64,000 nucleotides of DNA, taken from Antechinus flavipes. Lineage: Eukaryota. Positions 38,526 to 49,641 of this stretch are shown here, one piece after another. Position numbers and translations under genes: made by a program. Numbering within the stretch: the first letter of the stretch is position 1; each line of letters begins with the position of its first letter. Under the pieces are notes generated by a model, which saw only the letters and a list, made by a program, of their open reading frames with translations, did not search any database and was not told the origin of the DNA. The stretch is from the NCBI RefSeq assembly GCF_016432865.1, contig NC_067401.1:186248001-186312000 (forward strand). The letters run 5' to 3'.

Positions 38526-39889
38526 TGTACCTAACTTTTCTGATCAACACAATGATCTAAGGCAATTCCAAAAGGATTCATGATGAAAAATGCCATTCAT
38601 CTCCAGAGAGAGATCTGAGTACAGACCAAAGAATACTACTTTTCATTTTCATTGTTTTTTGCTTCCTCTCCCTTCCCCACAAAAATGTTTTGAGTGACTT
38701 CTTCGACATAATGGGTATCATATTGCTTGTCGCCTTAATGGCTGAAGAAAGGAAAGAATGTGGAACTCAAAATTAAACAAAAAAGGAATGCTATAAATAT
38801 TATCAAATCAAATATAAATCAAATAAATAAATATTCTTCCATTCTCCCTATTCCTTTTGTCATCCTTTCCCCTAGTTTTTCCCTACTTTACATCAATTCA
38901 TTTTTCATTCTTCCTTTAAAATCTTTCCTTCTTCTCCTCTCCTTTAACTTATTTAGTTTTTAGATATTCTTTGTCTTTCTTTTTTTCTCAATAGTATTTT
39001 ATTTTTCCAAATACATACATGGTTTTCAGTGTTCATTTTTGTAAGTTTATGTTCCAAAATTTTCTCCCTCCCTCTTTTACCTCTCCCTTTCCCCAAACAG
39101 CAAGAAATATAATATATTAAAATATGTGCAATCCTTTTAAACATATTTCCATATTTATATGCTGTGCAAGAAAAACCACTGCATCTTTTTTAAAAAAGAA
39201 TTTCTTTAGTTTGTTATCTTCATTAATTATCTTTTCTGTATTCTAAACTTTTCTCTTATTCATGGCCCTTGTGCATCTTTATTTCTTCTTTAGTCTGCAT
39301 TCCTTATATAATTAAAGCTTTTTCTCTTTTGTATTTTTGGAGAGATTTGCTAAGGCAGATTCAAGTTTTTCAATTCTATAAATTATTTCTCTTGTATAGG
39401 CCATACATTTTGCTTTGAAGATTCTTATTTCTCTCTTGTACCATTCAGGAACATCCTGCTGGGATTCCATACTCTCTGGGAATCTGTCTCATCATGTGTT
39501 GCTTCATTTTTCTTTGTCAGAGAAAGATAAATAACCTAAAGTGTTTCAAAAGTTAATAGAATAAGATTTTTTAAAAAATTTTTAAAGTGTATTTATTTAA
39601 AACTTACATGCCAAATAAAAAACAAAATAGAAAAAACAAAAAAGAAAAAATGGTCATGCCCACTAGAAATTGAAAATATATAACAAATTTCCATTTCAAG
39701 AAAACATGTTTTCTTGAAATGGAAATTTGTTATCAAAGATTAGTGAAGAAAATTCAGTTTAAAAAGTTAAGTGCCACAGGTTAACTATTACTCTTCCCTC
39801 CCCAAAGGAAGGTGTTATCTAAACTAACTGAGAAATCTCTGAGTAAGTATAACAAGACAAAGAAAAGTTATTCTTATGCTCACTGATAT

Positions 39890-40195
39890 TTTTAATAGGA
39901 AGCTGTATTTTGTCAAAAGCTTTTTCTGCATCTATTGAAATAATCATGATATCTGTTGGTTTTGATATGGTCCTATCAGCATAATAATGCTGATAATTTT
40001 CCTAATACTGAATCAGCTCTGCATTAATCCTGGTATAGATTCCACGTAGTCATACTATAGTATCCTAATGTTAAATTGCTGTAATCTCTTTACTAATATT
40101 TTATTTAAAATTTTTGCACTAATATTCCTTAGGGAAATTGGTTTATAATTTTTTTTGTTTTGCCTCTTCTTGGTTTAGGTATCAGTATCATATGA
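39890..40195 (-). mobile_element. L1 ORF2 internal fragment
   Basis: ttttgtcaaaagctttttctgcatctattga..ataatcat, a hallmark of antisense L1 RT region. Confidence 0.75.
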
Positions 40196-41156
40196 GAGTT
40201 CGTTCATCAATTTTTTTGATGGAGTCACAGGGCATATACTCATTGGCTGGCTACATGATCACCTGGGACTCTGGCAACATTTAAAAAAACAAGGCATAAT
40301 CTCTAAGGAATGATTTGAGAACCTGGATTTTGAGGATGCGCTAGTCTTTAAGGAAGGGATTTTTCTGTTCACCTCCTCCTTCATCATCAATGTCATCTTG
40401 TAGCAAAGCAACTTGCTCAACATCCCCCAAAGAAAAGGCCCACAGGTCCAAAAATATACTGGAGTTTTAAGCTTTCCCCATATAGTTCACCAAATGTTGG
40501 GGAACTGAGGTTTGGATCCCAAAAGTATAGTGGGGTCATGTGCTAGTATCATGAAGTGTCTCAAAAGAATTTATAGGTTTAGATCTTCTCTAAATCAAGA
40601 AGCAACGATTTTATTCTTAGTCACTGGCTTAGTCATTGACATGCTAAGTTCCAAAGGAGAGTTATAGTGATTAATAAGGAGAAAGACTGGCGTTATTAAA
40701 TTCCTTATTGGAACTCACAAGTAACCAGGAGGAAGGCCATAAAGGAGGTTCATCACTGCAACAGTAATTGGACTAACACTAAAAGGAGTTAAGTCACTGT
40801 GATATAAGGGTCCTAAAGAAAGTTAGCCAGAATAAGAAGACTTCATAGAGAGCTTGCTAAGTAGGCTGATTCCTAATGAACTGGCAAAAAAAAAAAAAAA
40901 AAAAATGGGGTAAAAAGTAATTTGTTTTTTATAGGGGAAAAAATAAACGTAGGGTAGAGGGGGATGTTGACATCATAAGTTGGTCTTCTGATTGGATTTA
41001 GTAATGGTGGATCATGATTATGTCAACTCAAAGAATTCAGCTAGGAATTCAACCAAGGGCCTTTGCCCAAGTAAAATTCTTGCTCTTTCACAATAATGCT
41101 ATTCCTTACTACCAAAGACCTAGGGTCTTTATTCACCCCCATCACTGAGTTGAAAA

Positions 41157-42585
41157 ATTTTTTTATTAAAGCTTTTTATTTACAAAAGCCATATGCATAG
41201 GTAATTTTCCTTTCTTTCTTTTTTCTTTTTTCTTTTTTTTTGCATGGGTAATTTTTCAACATTGATCCTTGCAAAATCTTCTGTTCCAAATTTTCCCCGC
41301 CTTCCCCCCACCTCCCCTAGATAGCAGGTAGTCCAATACATGTTAAATATGTTAAAATATATGTCAAATCCAATATATTGCATGCATATTTATACAGTTA
41401 TCTTGCTGCACAAGAAAAATCAGATCAAGAAGGGAAAAAAACTGAGAAAGAAAACAAAATGCAAGCAAACAATAACAGAGAAAGTAAGAATGCTATGTTG
41501 TGTTCCACACTTAGTTCCCACAGTCTTCTCTCTGGGTGTAGATGGCTCTCTTCATCACTGACCAAGTAGCACTGGTTTGAATCATCTAATTGTTATAGAG
41601 AGCCATGTCCATCAGAATTGATCATCGTATAGTTTTATTGTTGCCCTGAATACTAATCTCCTGGTTCAGCTTACTTTACTTAGCATCAGTTCATGCAAAT
41701 CTCTATGAAATCATTCTATGTTCATTTGTTACAGAACAATAATATTCCATAACATTCACATACTATCATTTATTCAGCCATTCACCTCCACTCATTTTCC
41801 AGTTTCTGGCCACTACAAAGAGGGCTGCCACAAACATTCTTGCACATATGGGTCCCTTTCCCTCCTTTAAGATCATTTTGGGTTATAAGTCCAGTAGTAA
41901 CACTGCTGGGTCAAAGGGTATGCACAGTTTGATAACTTTTTGAGCATGGTTTCAAATTGCTCTCCAGAATGGTTGGGTCCATTCACAGTTCTATCAACAA
42001 TGTGTCGGTGTCCCAGTTTTTCCACATCGCCTCCAACATTCATCATTATTGTTTCCTGTCATCTTCGCCAATCTGAGAGGTGTATAGTGGTATCTCAGAG
42101 TTGTCTTAATTTGCATTTCTCTGACCAATAGTGATTTGGAGCACCTTTTCATGTGGCTACAAATAGTTTCAATTTCTTCATCTGAAAATTGTTCATTTTC
42201 TTTGACCATTTATCAATTGGAGAATGGCTTGAACTAGTATAAATTTGAGTCAATTCTCTATCTATTTTAGAAATGAGGCCTCTATCAGAACCTTTCAATG
42301 TAAAAATGTTTTCCCAATTTATTACTTCCCTTTTAATCTTGTCTGCATTAGTTTTGTTTGTACAAAACCTTTTTAACTTAATATAATCAAAATTATCTAT
42401 TTTGTGATCAATAATGACCTCTAGTTCTTCTTCTTTGGTTGCAAATTCCTTCCTCCTCCACAGATCTGAGAGGTAAACTGTCCTATGTTTTTCTAATTTG
42501 TTTATAATATCATTCTTTATATCTTGATCATAAACCCATTTCGACCTTATCTTAATATATAGTATGGGTCAATGCTTAGTTTCTG
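41157..42585 (-). mobile_element. Relatively young 5'-truncated L1 (~1.4 kb)
   Basis: Poly-T head, full 3'UTR, ORF2 tail LLVREMQIKTTLRYHYTPLRLAKMTG..CWRRCGKTGTPTHC. Confidence 0.92.
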
Positions 42586-43324
42586 CTATTGAGTTGAAAA
42601 TTTAATGGAGGAGCACAGGAAGTCCAGTTGAGTGATCTGCCCAGCAGACACACTATGGGAAGAACAGTACCAGGATATCATAAGGACACGGGACCTTGCC
42701 TGCTTGTAGTGAGTTTCTTTGGCTAGTCTTATATTCCTCACTACAGGCGTACTTAGTGTGAGCATACAAATTCTGTTTATTTATGGGAGCATGTATCTCA
42801 GTTTTGTGGTAGGAGGAGGAGAATTTATTAAGCACCTATTATTTGCTGGGTACTATGCTAAGAATTTTATAGAGATGCTGTTATTATCTCCATTTTACAG
42901 TTGAAAAACCTGTAAGTTTTATAGGTGAAATGACTAGCCTAGATTTGAAACTTGAGGTGTCTTGTTATTAATGCCTCTGTTCTCTGTGCTCTCACAGCTA
43001 CAATTCATTCTTTTCTGGAAAAAAAAAAAAAAAAGAGCAGCAGCTGCTGGTCATTGTCCTAAGTTTTGTTATTACCAGATAAGAGCTCTAGGGAAATAAA
43101 TAAATCTGAATAGATATGGGGAAAGATATCCCACCTTGGTAAGAGGTATAGGGAGGCAGCTGAGCTAGTGATTTTTCCTAGGGAATTACAAAATCTTTGG
43201 TGTCTCTCTGCAATAATACTATGGCTTGAACAGATTCCTAGGACAGGTAGTAATCTGAGAGGGAGGAATAAATGTGAACTGAAAAGCTACTATGTACACT
43301 CATTTTATAGATTTTTCATCTTCA

Positions 43325-43690
43325 TTTTTTTTTAATTATAGCTTTTTATTGACAGAACATATGCATGGGTAATTTTTCAACATTGTCTCTTGCACTCATT
43401 TCTGTTCCAATTGTTCCCTTCCCTCCCTTCACCTCCTCCCCTAGATGGCAGGCAGTCTCATACATGTTAAAGCATATCTTAGATATAATATATGTGTGCA
43501 AATACATACAATTCTCTTGTTGCACAAGAAAAGTCGAATTCAGAAGGTAAAAATAACCTAGGAAGAAAAACAAAAATGCAAGTAGTCCACATTCATTTCC
43601 TAGTGCTCCTTTTCTGGGTGTAACTGACTCTATCCATCATTGATCATTTGGAACTTGAATTGGATCTTCTCTTTATCGAAGATATCCACT
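43325..43690 (-). mobile_element. L1 3'UTR fragment
   Basis: Same 3'UTR family as 14300-15010 and 41157-42585. Confidence 0.85.
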
Positions 43691-44250
43691 TTCATCATCA
43701 TCTTCCTCTTCAAATGTATCATTTAGTCAACCAGTGCTTTCCTGTTTCTATGATACCCAATAGGACATGAAAAGACAACTATCATTATGTTCTAACTTAC
43801 CTCTTGGTAAGAGTTTACCCAAGACGGTAGCCCATACCACTTAGCTTGACTGGAGATAACCTTTAAATGCCTCCAGTCTTTTTGGTTCAACAGGATAATC
43901 TTCTAGCCTTACAGTATAATGGGGAAACTCCTCTGCCTCTGTATTTTCCCTCACCCACTATCAACGTTATGAATATATGTGATTGTGTGTATATTTATCT
44001 AAAATAACTTCCTGTAGAATAATGAGCTACCAAACCACAGTTGTAAATGTAGTAGTTCTTAACATTAAAAAATAGGTGAAGAAATTTTATGCTAAGGAAA
44101 ACAGGTAGCTGCCTAACTTAATAAAGCCACCCTTACAATAACCCATTCTTTCTACCTCTTAATCTTCACTTCCCAGATATAGGCCCCTTGGAACTATAAG
44201 GAAAGGGTTGGGGAAAGGAGGATATATGGGAGGGAAGCTGTGAGAGTAAA

Positions 44251-44347
44251 TGATAAGGGTTTTGTCTGTATTCCCCCCTTCCTTTGGAAAACCCAAGGGT
44301 CTTATCAGGCCAGCATTTCCTTTCCTCTTTCTTCCCCTACCTTCCTG
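44251..44347 (+). promoter_or_regulatory. GP1BA: Putative megakaryocytic GATA/ETS promoter of GP1BA
   Basis: TGATAAG (44251-44257), CTTATCA (44301-44307), ATTTCCT (44315-44321) and CTTCCTG (44341-44347), 100-200 nt upstream of the proposed exon-1 ATG. Confidence 0.6.
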
Positions 44348-44444
44348 TTCTTGCCAAAGCCAGGCATCTTGGTTCTCCATAGGGTAAGCTCATAGAGGCA
44401 TACAGTTCCTGGCAAAAACTATGAATTGGAGGTGCTTGTGGAAA

Positions 44445-46909
44445 ATGGTGAGTAGTGGGAGAGAAAGGTCAAACCTGAGGACTGGAAAGTAATATTGACC
44501 TAGCTGAAGGTGAGAAGGGATGGATTTTTCAGTCTGGCAGTGGTAGTAACAAAGAGCCAGTTGATTAGAATGTTAGATACTTGAGATCTGGAAAGAATCA
44601 AGAGAGCTAGTGGGATTGGGTGGAGAGATGAAAAATGTGGATCTGAGGAAGAAACCTGAGTCCTCTGGGGTAATCTAAGGTTGAGGAAATAGTAAGAGAC
44701 TTAGAGTCACATACCTAGAGAGGTCTTGGAGAGACTATGGGGCTGAGAGGTAGCACCTGAATCTTTGGGAGGATTATTTGTTGGAGAATAAAAAGTGAGA
44801 AACTGCCTGGTAGGGGTGGAAAGGAAAAGTGAATTAGGAGCGTGGGAAGGGGAGGGGTAAGAAGTCAGGGACCTGGGTGGTCTGATCCTGGGTTCTTCAG
44901 GAATCTGAAAAAAATAGGAAAATACCATTACTTCTTTTCCCCTTTCACAGGACCCTGTGCTACTCTTGGTCCTCCTTTTCCTCCTCCTTCTGGGACCCTC
45001 CTATTCCCAGTCTCCCTGTGAGACTCAAAAAGGGGCTAGCAAGATGGAAACTAACTGTGAATCCCTTGGTCTGAAGTCTATACCACCAAAGCTATCCCCA
45101 GACACTGCCATTCTCTTCCTTCAGAATAATGGCCTGAAATCCTTCTCCACTTCTTCTCTCGGTTTTCTAACCCAACTCACTGAACTCTACATAGCTAAAA
45201 ATAATATGAGTGTCCTGATAGCAGATGGGAAGCTTCCACTCCTCTCAATTCTGGATCTCTCTGATAATTGCCTAAAGACCCTGCCTTCACTAGCACACTC
45301 CCTCCCTTCTCTTACCTCCCTTGATCTCTCCAGAAATGCCCTAGAGTCCCTGTCTCCACATGCTCTGGCTGGCCTGGATTCGTTAGAGAACCTCTACCTT
45401 GGAGGCAACAAGCTGAGGAGTCTGCCCCCAGACTTTCTGAAAGCAGCATTCAAACTCCAGAAGCTGGATCTATCGAAAAATCGCCTGGAATATCTATCAG
45501 CCGACCTGTTGGCAGACCTCCAGAATCTAAACACCCTCTTCCTACAGGATAATCAGCTCTCTATCCTTCCTTTTGGCTTCTTCCGGGATCATCTCCTACC
45601 TTATGTCTTCCTCCATTCCAATCCGTGGAATTGTAACTGTGAACTTCGATACCTACGTCACTGGCTACAGGAAAATCAGGGTAATGTCTACCTTTGGAAG
45701 GAAGGTGTGGATGTCAAAGTCATGACTCCAGATGTGAAGAGTGTCCTGTGTGAGGTTCCCTTTAAGACACCTGTTGTCAGTTTCTCTGCAAATTGTCCCA
45801 TCACTGGGGATGAAGATTATGACAGCTACAATGAGTATGATGAGGTAACTGCACAAGGGGTCTTAAAATCTGAAACTACTACTATTCCAACCACCATATC
45901 TCTGGAGCATTCCACAGTCCTTAGTAGGTCAAAACTCACCACAACAGAACTCACCACTTTCCCAATAACCCCAGAAAAAAACACATTCCCAACTACGAGA
46001 AGGTCCATCATATTCCTTAACAGCCCAAAAATAACTGGGCTCCCAACTATATCAGAACTTACTAGGTTCCTGAACTCAGAAGCTACTACATTTCACATCA
46101 CTCCAGAAAATACCATACTCCCAACTACCCAAGAGGTCATCATATTTCTTAACAGCTCACAATCTACTACTCAGTTCCCAACAATGCCTAAACTCACTAG
46201 GTTCCTGATCTCCTCAGAAGCTACCACACTGCAGATCACTCCAGAACCCACTGCATTTTCAGAGAATCTGGAAACAACTAGATTCCAAACTTCTCCAGAA
46301 AACACCACATTTCCAGTAACCTCAGAAACTACCATGTTGCAAATAACCTCAGAATCTGTCACATTTCCAATCATAGATTCCATTGGAGGTCCTATGTCTG
46401 TTACCCCGCCCAGTCTTTTTTCAACTTTAATCCTCCTGAGATCCAACATTCTGCCACCAAATGAAGCTGTGGCTCTAGGAAACTTAGGTGATCCTAGCAA
46501 TTCCTCCTCCCCCATTTCCACCTCCTGCTGCCTTCTGTCTCTGAGGTTCTACATCTTTGGAACAGCTTGGGTTCTTGTCTCTTCCATTGTTCTCATTCTC
46601 TTCTTAGTTCTAGCTCAGCCCCCACTTCATCTGCTAAGGACCCATACCTTTATGGAGGACATCCCCAATCCAAGGGCCACTGTCCACCTTGAGCTCCCTA
46701 AGGGGAAGGAAGTGATAGTCCATAGAGCTTGGCTTCTCTTTCTTGGAGGATCAATACCTTCCTTCCGCACTAGACTCTTTCTGTGGGTACAGTCCAATGG
46801 CAGAGTGGGACCTCTGACTCTGAAGAGGAAGCCATCTGCCATAAGCCTTGGTCGAGGGGAAGACTTGCTGGGGTCTGTCAACATCAGGTATTCAGGCCAC
46901 AGCCTCTGA
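44445..46909 (+). CDS. GP1BA: Platelet glycoprotein Ib alpha. Proposed exon 1 ATG 44445-44447 plus exon 2 44951-46909 (653 aa)
   Basis: LRR array, WNCNC cap, beta-switch VYLWKEGVDVKVMT, acidic tyrosines DEDYDSYNEY, mucin stalk, CC then TM helix, filamin site PSFRTRLFLWV, C-terminal RYSGHSL*. Exon 2 identity is certain; start assignment is inferred. Confidence 0.93.
45947..46369 (+). repeat. GP1BA: Degenerate coding tandem repeat in the GP1BA mucin stalk (18-aa unit, higher-order ~45-aa unit)
   Basis: ELTTFPITPEKNTFPTTR / EATTFHITPENTILPTTQ / EATTLQITPEPTAFSENL / ETTRFQTSPENTTFPVTS / ETTMLQITSESVTFP; the first two are each followed by an IIFLNS...LTRFL block. Confidence 0.8.
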
Positions 46910-47033
46910 GCCACATAGCCACCTATAAACATACTCAGGTTCCTAGACAGAATCTAGGTTCTGAATGACTTGGGAAAGATCAGTGTAGATATGACAAGTT
47001 CTTCTGAAATCTAGGGGCAGAGTCTGAACCTAC

Positions 47034-47039
47034 AATAAA
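47034..47039 (+). terminator. GP1BA: GP1BA polyadenylation signal
   Basis: AATAAA ~125 nt after the stop. Confidence 0.65.
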
Positions 47040-47225
47040 AATTTCTTCTAGTAATCAGTTCTTATTGTATACATTGGTAGGGGTGAGGGGGAAGAGATGG
47101 TGGGTCTTGAGGGGCGAGGTATGCTGGTAGACATCTACTTTGCCACCTTCCTCTCCCTCACCACAAATTTTGATTTTGAAGTGATGGTGGAACATTTAAA
47201 AAGAAATATCTTGAAAAGCAGTTGG

Positions 47226-47363
47226 AGGGAACAGCTAGGTGCCACACTAGATAGAGCATCAGCCTCAGGGCCGAATTTAAATCTAGTCTCAGACACTTAA
47301 CACTTCCTAGCTGTGTGACCCTGGGCAAGTCACTTAACCCCAATTGCCTCGGAGAAAAAACAA
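47226..47363 (+). mobile_element. WSINE1/MAR1-type SINE with an internal deletion
   Basis: cagctaggtg..tagatagagcatcagcc...ctagctgtgtgaccctgggcaagtcacttaaccccaattgcctc plus A-tail. Confidence 0.85.
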
Positions 47364-49641
47364 ATGGAGATGGGGCTAGGTCCTTTGGGAATTTATTGTA
47401 CTCTTTTCTCCATTTCATTCTTAATCTTGTTAATTTAGTTTGCATATGAGTTAAGTAGCCAATGATCATATCCACATTTGTACCTCTGGTGGCAAAAACC
47501 TCAATAAATGTTTATCTTTTACAGCCATTAAATAAAAGGCCAGAAGATGTCATACCAGTTAACTTTTTTTTAAATGCCTGTTTCCCCTACCTTTTCCAAT
47601 TGACCATAACCTAGAATGCCTTTTCTGATGTTATTAATAGATTGAGTTCAATTCCCTCATTTTACAGATGTGAAAATTGGCACTGAGATCAATATCATAC
47701 ACCTAGTTTTAATTTTATGCTTCCTTTCTAAACTCAGAAAACAGGTCAATACAGTTATTCCCCTCCCCAATGCCAATGAGGTTTGTGTAATAGGTACCAT
47801 AACTCATGTTGGGATCTAGGGCTTCTTTGCCTTCCTAGAATATAGGCAATCTATTGCTTCATATCCAAGGTTTTAGAGCCAGGGAAAAGTTCAGATTATA
47901 TTCAAGTGCCCAAATGGTGCAAAAGTATCAAAAGCACTGTCCTAGAATCAAGACACTTGGATTCTAGTGTCTGCTTTGCCAATATGTAACTTTGGAAATT
48001 ACTTTTCCTAAGACACATTTCCTCCAATAAAATGTGTGTGTATTTAGAGGTCCTTTGTAGAACTGATTCCATTAAAATGTTGATAATCATTAGCAGAAGA
48101 GGGAATCTAGTTGTAAATTTGGGAACTTTGATTTCAACTTCACCTCTCTGGGTTAATCATCTAACAGAACCATTTATGAAGAAGACACCCAAAGCCCAGT
48201 AACTGATCCAAGGTCACTACAGGAAGTAAGCAGCAGAAATAGAATCTGAAACTTAATCCTGAGCCCCAATCCAAGGATCTTTCTGTTAAACTTCACTGTC
48301 TCTTGCTCCGCTAAATAACTCCCCCACCCCTGCCTCACTTCCACAAATAGCAAGGTAAGCTGCTTCCCTGTTCCTGAAACACATAGTTTCTTTCTCTATC
48401 TTTGTAACTTCCACTCCCTCCTCATGTTGTGTAATATCTCACTGAACAGACTCTCAAGGGCTCCCCTCAGGCAATAACAAATTACTATTTGTCTCTGTCT
48501 CTAAAGAGCCAGGTGTTCATCAGTGCTCATTAGAAAGACTGATCCCTAGTCACTGATTCTACTAATAATGCTCACTTGTTCAATCCAGTCTGAGGACCGG
48601 GAAGTCAGTTTGTCTTCCACATTCTTGTAGCATTTGGGCTTCAGCCCAAATCCATTTCCACCCCAGTTCCCAATAAAAGCAAGGAATATGAGAACTTCAA
48701 AATGTTTCCATGATTTCAGAAAAACAGTTGAATGACAAATCCCTTACCATAGTTAAATATAATTTCATAAAATCATCATATATTTTTACCATAATTTTCA
48801 AGATTAAAAAAAAAAAATAGACATCCTGTTCCCCAGGAATCCAATTGTTTAAGCAGCCCCTATCCTGAGGCTGAGGGGGAGGACAGAGTACCCAGGCACA
48901 TAATATGGACAAAAATCTCTCATCACCTTTGTCTTGCTTCCTTAAGACTGTCCCTTGTAATGACAGAAAGGGGGGAACATATGGAGTGTGGACAGGTGCT
49001 GGTCTTTATCAATGTGGAAATTCAGAAGCAGATACTAAATTTCAAACCTGTCTCTTACCAGGCATTTACTAAGCCCTCTATTGGGGATGGGGAGTGAGAA
49101 AAATATTTTATTTTATCATGAGGCCTCCTTGGCTACACGGGCACTCTCCTATTTTCTGTTTGCTTTCCAAGCATGGAAACTATCAACAACATCCCTAGGT
49201 GTCCAACCATACTGCTATTTAAAACTATCCAAGTTGATACTTCTATCAGGACCTCTTTGCCCTCTCCCCTTCTCCACAGGATGTTTTTGAGGTGAATGGA
49301 AGTCCCCAGAATTATGGAGACAAGTTCCAGGCTCTTTGGAGGCCACAGGAAAAGGGAAATAGAGTCCAAGCTGGAGCAGTGGACAGATCAAAGTCCTTTA
49401 TATCAGGAGAAACCACACCAGGGGTTGGGGTGGGAGTGGGAATAGGATGGGAGGAAAAATGAAAGAGTTGGGGGAAATAAATAGAATGGGAGGCTGAGGG
49501 GCAGAATCTATACACCCCCTTGGGAAAGTGAATGTATGGTAAGGGTCGAGAAGATTGAAGCTTATAAGGGTGTAGGTGATCCCTCAGGTTCCCATTCCTG
49601 GGAGTCATGTCCTCCTGGTCCTCAGGCACCCTTGGGGCTCC

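Noticed and set aside
44369-44389. Donor AGG|GTAAGC at 44384 as the end of GP1BA exon 1
   Set aside because: No in-frame ATG lies in the ~100 nt upstream, so it would need GTG initiation. Possible as a minor non-coding variant.
44628-44675. Alternative GP1BA start ATG 44628 with donor GGG|GTAATC (MKNVDLRKKPESSG-DPVLLL)
   Set aside because: In frame, but the donor and Kozak context are weaker than ATG|GTGAGT and it is farther from the GATA/ETS cluster. Kept only as a secondary possibility.
48632-48651. ATTTGGGCT-TC-AGCCCAAAT hairpin 20 nt before an AATAAA
   Set aside because: About one 9-bp short-spacer inverted repeat is expected by chance in 64 kb, and no transcript context supports it.
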